DNA from: Betaproteobacteria bacterium
GTDB lineage: Bacteria; Pseudomonadota; Gammaproteobacteria; Burkholderiales; Casimicrobiaceae
Assembly (NCBI GenBank): GCA_003153475.1
Contig: PLYT01000045.1
Coordinates: 16,126-80,125, forward strand
Reading direction: 5' to 3'
DNA length: 64,000 nt
Translations under genes and position numbers: made by a program
The notes under the pieces: model-generated
The model's database searches: none
Seen by the model: the letters and a program-made list of their open reading frames with translations, nothing else
Told to the model about the DNA's origin: nothing
In this document: in pieces, positions 58,879 through 64,000 of the stretch
How positions within the stretch are numbered: the stretch's first letter is position 1
Layout: each line of letters begins with the position of its first letter

Positions 58879-60212
58879 TTATGAACGGCGTCGACGGCGT
58901 AGCACGGCCAGGCCGATGAGCGCACTCAGGGCCGAGAGAGCGAATGATGCGCCACCATTGAGCGTGGGCATGGCAACCGGTGCGCTCGGTGCTGCTTGCA
59001 CCTCGAACGCGCCGATGTCGGCGGCGACGCCGACCACGCGCGCAAATCCTGGGCCACGCTGATCAAAGGCCAGTGCAAGCGGATTCGCTCCTTTGTTGAT
59101 CGCGGGGCTGCCGGCAAGCGGCGCAATCGTAAATGTAGGACCGCCGTTGTTCTGCAAAGGCCCTAGCAGAGGATTCGTATTGATCAGGTCATTCGGCATC
59201 CCGAAGGAGCAGGAGTTGGCGCTGTCGAGGTTGAAGCCATTCGATGTGGGTGCCACTCCATCGCAGTTCTTCCCACCGCCAACGGCGTTGGCGATGATCG
59301 TGGATTCCACCGTGGCAGCAGCCCCATTACCGGCAACTACATTGAGCTGCGCTTCACCGGCGCTGCCATTGCCCGCAATCGTGACGTTGGTCAACGTGGT
59401 GGTTCCCCTGTCGACCTCAATCCCCCGCTCCGTCACCGGCGCCGGCCGCGTTGCCGCTGATCGTGGAATTGGTGATGTTGAACGTACTTTGGGACCAGAT
59501 GCCGCCCCCGAATTGGGCAGTATTTCCGCTCACCGTGCTATTGGCCAGCGTTTCAGTGGACTCGCTATTGTTGTAAATCCCGCCGCCGTCGGTGGTGGCC
59601 ATATTCCCGCTCACCGAACTATTGGTCAGCATCAGCGCGCCAACACTGTAGATCCCTCCAGCGAAGACGGCGGTATTTAGCGCTCACGATGCTATTGGTC
59701 ATCGTCAGTGTGCCCTCGTTGAAAATCCCGCCGCCCCCGGTGGTGGCGATATTCCCGCTTACCGTGCTATTGGTCAGCGTCACCGGCGCATCGGTGTAAA
59801 TCCCGCCGCCGAGGCCGCCGGTGTTCTTGCCACCGCTAATCGTCAGCCCGGAAATCGCCACCGCAAGGAAAGACTCACTGAATACGAGGCTATTGTTATT
59901 GCCCGACACCGTCAGCGTGCTTGCCCCTGGTCCGGTGATCGTCAAATTCGTGTTGATGACTATCGCACCGCTCGTCAGGATGATGGGGCTTGTGACGTGC
60001 CCCGGGGTCATATCGAAGACGATGGTGTCACCGGACGCAGCGGCCCCCACTACGGCGCGCAAGCTTCCGGCGCCGCTGTCATTGCTGTTTTCAACGGTGT
60101 CCGTCGCTGCCTACAACGTGCTTGCGCCGAGAACGACGCAGGCCACGCCCGCCGCACGCAAGAGCGCCGCTACGAAGCGGCCAACTGGAACCTCAATTGC
60201 TCGCCGCCCCAT
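58879..60212 (-). pseudogene. secreted parallel-beta-helix repeat protein with an IPTL-CTERM sorting domain, disrupted by one TAG and two frameshifts
   Basis: GGGAGGG-N5-ATG, with a signal-like MGRRAIEVPVGRFVAALLRAAGVACVVLGASTL*AATDTV. Repeats follow of LTNSTVSGN...GGGIYN. The choice-of-anchor-Q-like NPLLGPLQNNGGPTFTIAPLAGSPAINKG comes next, and the tail is VAMPTLNGGASFALSALSALIGLAVLRRRRRS. The frameshifts are at about 59660 (A-run) and about 59425 (G-run). Confidence 0.7.
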
Positions 60213-60251
60213 CGCACCCTCCCTAGACGGATTATTCTCTCGGGTTGAGAA

Positions 60252-60279
60252 AACCTACGCCGTCGGTTCGCGATGTCAA
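60252..60279 (-). promoter_or_regulatory. sigma-70-like promoter upstream of the IPTL-CTERM gene
   Basis: On the minus strand: TTGACA, 16 nt, TAGGTT. This ends about 40 nt upstream of the ATG at 60212. Confidence 0.4.
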
Positions 60280-60717
60280 GTGGTAGTTGCAGAGATGGTC
60301 AGCATCTTCGGAAGAACAGTTCTGCATCCGTTCCAATTGCCTCTCCTTACAAATGACTAACAACATGTGGCCTGAGCGCCCGCGGGGACTGAGACCGAAC
60401 GTGTCGGCCTCGTTGGGCACAATGACGCATCGACTCTGATTGTGCGCACGTATCGGATTCGGGCGTGAAGAGTCCGCTGGATCCCGGTCGACGACTGATC
60501 GAACTCGCAGGCGAGCTCGGCGCAGATTAGCCCGCGCTTTCCAACGAAACTGAATCGGATGACCGCGTCTGGGCAACTTGGCTTGCGACGCTCACGGGCC
60601 GCTTTTGGCCGAACTCGGACCGATGGTCGACAGTCCCCCCACGTTCGAGTCACTCTCAAATGCGAGCACCACGTGGTTAAATCGCGGACGCTGCACCGCA
60701 GTGCCCTTGGGAACATC

Positions 60718-61542
60718 ATGCGCCGCGTTCATCTCTGCACATCGACCCGCAGCAGGACATCGCGACTGCGCCGGGTCGGACTTGCCGTCGCGGCCACCGT
60801 CGTTTTTGTTGGAGGCAGCACCGTCGTGCGCGCACAAGACGGCGGCCCGGCGGTTGTGCCCTATCGCCCCTCGGTCGCCACACCGGCCGAACTTCCGGCT
60901 CCCGGCTGGCCGGAACTCGAGGCCGGCGGTGACTGGGCCAAGGGTGGCGACAGCGCGCGCAGCTTTTCGTCGCCAGTGACGTTCAAGCTGGCGTGGAACG
61001 AAAGCTGGGCCATTCTGATCGGGACCGACGCTTACGACTGGCAGCGCACGTATGACGGCAGTACCGCGCGTAGCGGCGGCGACACTGCGCTGACGCTCAA
61101 GTACAAATTGCCCGTCAACGAAAACCTCGCGCTTGGGGCGGAGCTCGGCGTGACATTGCCGACCGCGCGTCCGCCCATCGGCACTGGTGGCATTGACTGG
61201 GGAATCAACACCATTGCCAGCTTCGATTACCCGGGTGTCCATGTCGACGTCAACGTCGCGGGCGCACATCTCGGCGCAGTCGATTCAGGACAGGGACCGT
61301 GGCAGGGTGGATGGGCGATCGCTGCATCACATCCGCTCGACGAGCGCTTCGGCGTCACCGGCGAGGTGTCCGGCCTCGTGCAGCGGGAAACGGCAGCGAA
61401 GACGCAGGGTCTCGTTGCACTGAACTACAACGTCAGCAACGCGTTGGTTCTGGATGTCGCCGTGGCAGCCGGCTTGTCGCGCGCTGCGCCGGACTGGCAG
61501 GTGATGGCCGGCATGACGGTGCGACTCGGTCACTGGTTCTAG
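60718..61542 (+). CDS. outer-membrane beta-barrel protein (transporter / MetA-pathway-of-phenol-degradation-like family)
   Basis: Signal-like RRVGLAVAATVVFVGGSTVVRAQD, alternating-residue beta strands, the YRPSVATPAE start typical of this family, and a C-terminal aromatic residue (GHWF). Confidence 0.6.
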   Translation: MRRVHLCTSTRSRTSRLRRVGLAVAATVVFVGGSTVVRAQDGGPAVVPYRPSVATPAELPAPGWPELEAGGDWAKGGDSARSFSSPVTFKLAWNESWAILIGTDAYDWQRTYDGSTARSGGDTALTLKYKLPVNENLALGAELGVTLPTARPPIGTGGIDWGINTIASFDYPGVHVDVNVAGAHLGAVDSGQGPWQGGWAIAASHPLDERFGVTGEVSGLVQRETAAKTQGLVALNYNVSNALVLDVAVAAGLSRAAPDWQVMAGMTVRLGHWF

Positions 61543-61845
61543 ATTCACAGCAACCTTCGGACCAGCCGCGCTGATTGACGCTACCGGCGAGTGCGTGGCA
61601 CGAATGTGCCTGCGCAGGCCGACATGCGCTTTTCAATGAGATGGAATCAAGCCGAACGGCCGCTACCGGGTAATTTGGGCGGCGACGCCGAGCAGCTCGT
61701 AGTGGCCGGAAGCCGACATTTGTCCTACAAGAAATACGCTTATTGGGTGATTCGCACGAAGGGGCTCTTCATGGCGAATAATGACAGTCTGTTTCGATGT
61801 AAGATTGGCACCATTCACGTTCTGCAACATCGATGTAGTTGAAAC

Positions 61846-62250
61846 ATGAAGCATCTGCGCAACCTGCTATCGGTCCTGTTCGCCGCGGCGTTTCTCCTCA
61901 CCGGGTGCGCCGGGCCGCCTTCGTCCAACAGCGACGCCACCGGAGCGAGGAAGCCGAACGAAGGAAAATCCGACGCGCACCCGACGACTGGCGCAGCTCC
62001 TCCTCGCGAAACCGCGGCCCAGCCTCGCCCTCAACAATCGGAGCCAGAGGCAAACAGCGCTGGGATAACGATCTTTGAACTGCAGGAACGCTTATCGGGG
62101 CTCGGGTACAAGCTGGAAGTCGATGGCGTGAACGGACCGAGGACCATCGACGCGCTCAAGAAATTCCAAAGCGACAACAAGCTCGCCGTGACCGGCGCTA
62201 TTGACGCCGAGACCGTGCGCAGGCTGCGAAGCGCCAAACCGCAGCCTTAG
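61846..62250 (+). CDS. lipoprotein with a C-terminal peptidoglycan-binding (PG_binding_1) domain
   Basis: Lipobox FLLTGCAG, a Pro/Ala/Gln-rich linker, then ELQERLSGLGYKLEVDGVNGPRTIDALKKFQSDNKLAVTGAIDAETVRRL. Confidence 0.75.
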   Translation: MKHLRNLLSVLFAAAFLLTGCAGPPSSNSDATGARKPNEGKSDAHPTTGAAPPRETAAQPRPQQSEPEANSAGITIFELQERLSGLGYKLEVDGVNGPRTIDALKKFQSDNKLAVTGAIDAETVRRLRSAKPQP

Positions 62251-62612
62251 CACCCATCCGTCGCGCTTAGAAGTTCTAGCCAAGTACGACACGCTTTCGT
62301 GTCACCCCTGGGCATTCGAACGCAAGCGAAGGTCCGAAATGAACTTGCCCACGTTTGATGGACACTTGGTGAAGGGCATACTAGCCCCGATGGAGGTGTT
62401 CCATGAACCGCAAGGAATACAAGAGGTAAGCCGGGAATTCAAGCTTAGCGGACGCGCCGCCGCCGAACGGCCGCCAGGTTCACTCAAGGTCCGACGAGGG
62501 GCCGTCCGGTCGCGGCATCGACAGTCGATGCTACGTGTGTGCGTATGCCCACCACACCAGCGCGCCGATCACGACGTAGAGCAGAAGCGAACGTGCGCCA
62601 AGGCGGATGTCC

Positions 62613-62670
62613 TGGAGGCGGAGGTCGGAATCGAACCGGCGTAGACGGCTTTGCAGGCCGTTGCGCTTAC
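62613..62670 (-). other. tRNA-Cys(GCA) 3' fragment (D-loop to CCA, 58 nt); putative att remnant
   Basis: The reverse complement is GTAAGCGCA-ACGGC-CTGCAAA-GCCGT-CTAC-GCCGG-TTCGATT-CCGAC-CTCCGCC-T-CCA. The anticodon arm is perfect with GCA, U73 is the Cys discriminator, and the T stem has one C-A mismatch. The 5' acceptor strand GGCGGAG and the D stem are absent; AT-rich sequence takes their place. Confidence 0.65.
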
Positions 62671-62693
62671 AGATAAATCAATAAGATGCCTGC

Positions 62694-62717
62694 GTTTGAC
62701 ACCCGGTTTGACACCCG
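62694..62717. repeat. perfect tandem duplication of the 12-mer gtttgacacccg next to the tRNA fragment
   Basis: gtttgacacccg occurs twice in a row. On the plus strand it sits inside an ORF that starts at 62686 (MPAFDTRFDTRPV...). Duplicated-peptide N-termini of this kind are something I recall from tRNA-adjacent integrases. Confidence 0.6.
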
Positions 62718-62972
62718 GCCCGTCACTACGCACCTGCTTGCTCGCGTACGTCATGGCTCGATCCAGCGCTATGCAATCGCCGCAACTTTGCTCGCAGGAA
62801 TGCAAGATTCATCGATCGCATTCGGGATACGCGGCCCTCCGAATTGCAACGCGAGGAGGCGTGGTTGAGCTATCTTGACATGATCCTACAAACCATTGAC
62901 GTAGTCCCCGTTTGTCGACAGTTCTGAACTAGAAATCGGCCGCGTCTTGCACCATGAATATTCGCTCGCGCC

Positions 62973-63386
62973 CTAATTGGCCTCATCGAATATTTGCGGA
63001 GCACAGGCTCCAAGACCCTGCAGAATGCGCACGGCCACCAGCATCGGGGCATTGACTGACAACTCGCAGAGCACCGATGCGAGCGTAAAGATCGCGACTG
63101 CAAGCGCGAACACGCGCCGCGTGCCGTAGCGATCAGCAATCCATCCGCTGACAGGGATACCCACGGCCAGACTGAGGATGTAACTGGTTACCACCGCCTT
63201 CAGACTGAGCGGTGTCACACCCAGACTCACCGCCATTGAAGGAATCGCGGTGTTGACGATGGTGGAGTCGAGCTGCTCCATGAAGAGCGCGGTTGCGACG
63301 ACCCAGGGCAACCACCTCTTTACCCTCAAGGCGGTGGTCTCGGTTATCGTGCCGTCGAGCACCGGCGGCATTGGATTGGGCGCCAT
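62973..63386 (-). pseudogene. MFS (DHA2/EmrB-like) transporter, N-terminal ~130 codons only
   Basis: MAPNPMPP...RWLPWVVATALFMEQLDSTIVNTAIPSMAVSLGV...SGWIADRYGTRRVF...MLVAVRILQGLG, then divergence and a stop. Full-length members have about 14 TM segments. Confidence 0.6.
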
Positions 63387-63409
63387 GCGAACTGCGGCGA
63401 AGGAATGAA

Positions 63410-63960
63410 CGCGAAGAAAGCAGAGACTACGGATAACACGCGTAGTCAGGCTATGGCAATCTACATTGTCCACTAAGACTAGATTGTCGAGCAATACATG
63501 CCGGATTCTCGCGCACCGACAGCATCGTGCTCGCGTAGGTGACCCACATCTAATAATAATACGGGTATACCTCAAGATCGGCGGTTGTTTTGCAATATCT
63601 ATGCCGTAGTGTTGACCAGGATGGAAGCGTCCTCGACATCAGTGTGCAACCCATCGACACAAGAAGGCTGCCGCTCAGTTTCTTAAGAAGTTGCTGCAAG
63701 GCTTGAGGTATGCGCCATGCGTGGTGGCCGCCAAAGCTTCGCTGGCAGGGTATACTGCAACGTACTCAGAGTTCGAATCCCTGGCTCTCCGCCAGCAGCC
63801 TGCGTTTCAACGACACGCGCTCCCCGCGGCGCGCGCTGCGGGCGCGAGGTCAGGATCCGAGGCCGAAGCTCACGCTCGATAAGCGCAGCGCCGGCACGAA
63901 CTCGACCTGTACTGCAAGTCATGCAAAATCGCGTATTGAAACGCAAAAGCACTGACCATT
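63410..63960 (+). mobile_element. IS6-family transposase remnant, heavily decayed (stops and frameshifts)
   Basis: Scattered across frames: IYIVH*D*IVEQYMP (compare VdHsTIrRWVqkY.P), GDPHL...VYLKIGG (compare GD.WHLDEvylkI.G), YLCRSVDQDGSVLDISVQP (compare YLyRAVDQdG.vLDilvq.rRD) and KKAAAQFLKKLLQGLRYAP. No terminal inverted repeat was assigned with confidence. Confidence 0.5.
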
Positions 63961-64000
63961 GCGTGCAGTCGCTCGATGAAAGCGCCGAGCCTCGCTATCG

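Noticed and set aside
61596-61610. Sigma-54 promoter-like TGGCAC-N5-TGCC upstream of the PG-binding lipoprotein gene
   Set aside because: The -12 element is shifted by one position relative to the GG-N10-GC spacing and lacks the TTGC core. It lies about 240 nt from the nearest start codon.
61663-61719. Minus-strand MSASGHYELLGVAAQ, resembling the start of a DnaJ J-domain
   Set aside because: Only about 8 residues match, the frame stops 6 codons later, and no HPD motif can be recovered in any frame with confidence.
62380-62480. Possible IS3 OrfA-type HTH fragment (…EVSREFKLSGRAAAE…) and a minus-strand HTH-like fragment at about 60480-60560 (…AELACEFDQSSTGIQRTL…)
   Set aside because: The matches are only generic helix-turn-helix patterns of 15-20 residues without flanking family motifs. 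They are too weak to call as features, though they fit the mobile-element debris in this region.
63776-63804. tRNA-like 3' end on the plus strand (CAGAGTTCGAATCCCTGGCTCTCCGCCA, reminiscent of tRNA-Ser, with a variable-arm-like GTATACTGCAACGTAC before it)
   Set aside because: There is no matching 5' acceptor strand (GGAGAGC) and no foldable anticodon arm upstream, and the T stem has a mismatch. The segment lies inside the reading frames of the IS6 transposase remnant. It is most likely coincidental, or at best another tiny att relic.

Overview
64-kb window from a high-GC proteobacterial chromosome (roughly two-thirds G+C by eye). It is most likely a betaproteobacterium, judged from three things: HslV carries an MxxFHG-TT propeptide, the block kdsD-kdsC-lptC-lptA-lptB-rpoN-hpf-ptsN-hprK-rapZ is present, and IspG is of the beta type. 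The window has three parts. (1) 1-38.1 kb is tightly packed housekeeping DNA: RNase P RNA, pyrC, dksA, sodB, hslV, a ubiquinone hydroxylase, dsbC, an SPFH/zinc-ribbon trio, fpr, pepN, tolQRA, ruvABC, yebC, ubiX, the rpoN/lpt/kds block, a CPA2 antiporter and mlaFED. Many neighbouring genes overlap start on stop by 4 nt (xTGA). (2) At about 38.16 kb an mlaA gene is cut off after about 40 codons. About 1 kb of lower-GC, poorly coding DNA follows, and then a 15-gene hopanoid cluster at 39.1-57.5 kb: hpnA, hpnB, hpnD, shc, hpnG, hpnH, ispH, hpnN, hpnL, hpnK, hpnJ, hpnI, an mlaA-like gene, hpnM and ispG. (3) 57.5-64 kb is a graveyard of decayed mobile DNA and pseudogenes. It holds an integrase remnant, an IS3 orfB fragment, two IPTL-CTERM protein remnants, a tRNA-Cys 3' fragment with an adjacent integrase-like start, a truncated MFS gene and an IS6 remnant. 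Two apparently intact envelope genes lie among them. I found no CRISPR array, no rRNA and no intact tRNA. The supplied ORF track opens ORFs at the first ATG/GTG/TTG, so many entries are over-extended or are antisense artefacts of the high G+C. The starts given below were re-chosen from homology and from RBS or overlap context. All family assignments come from recollected motifs, not from searches.
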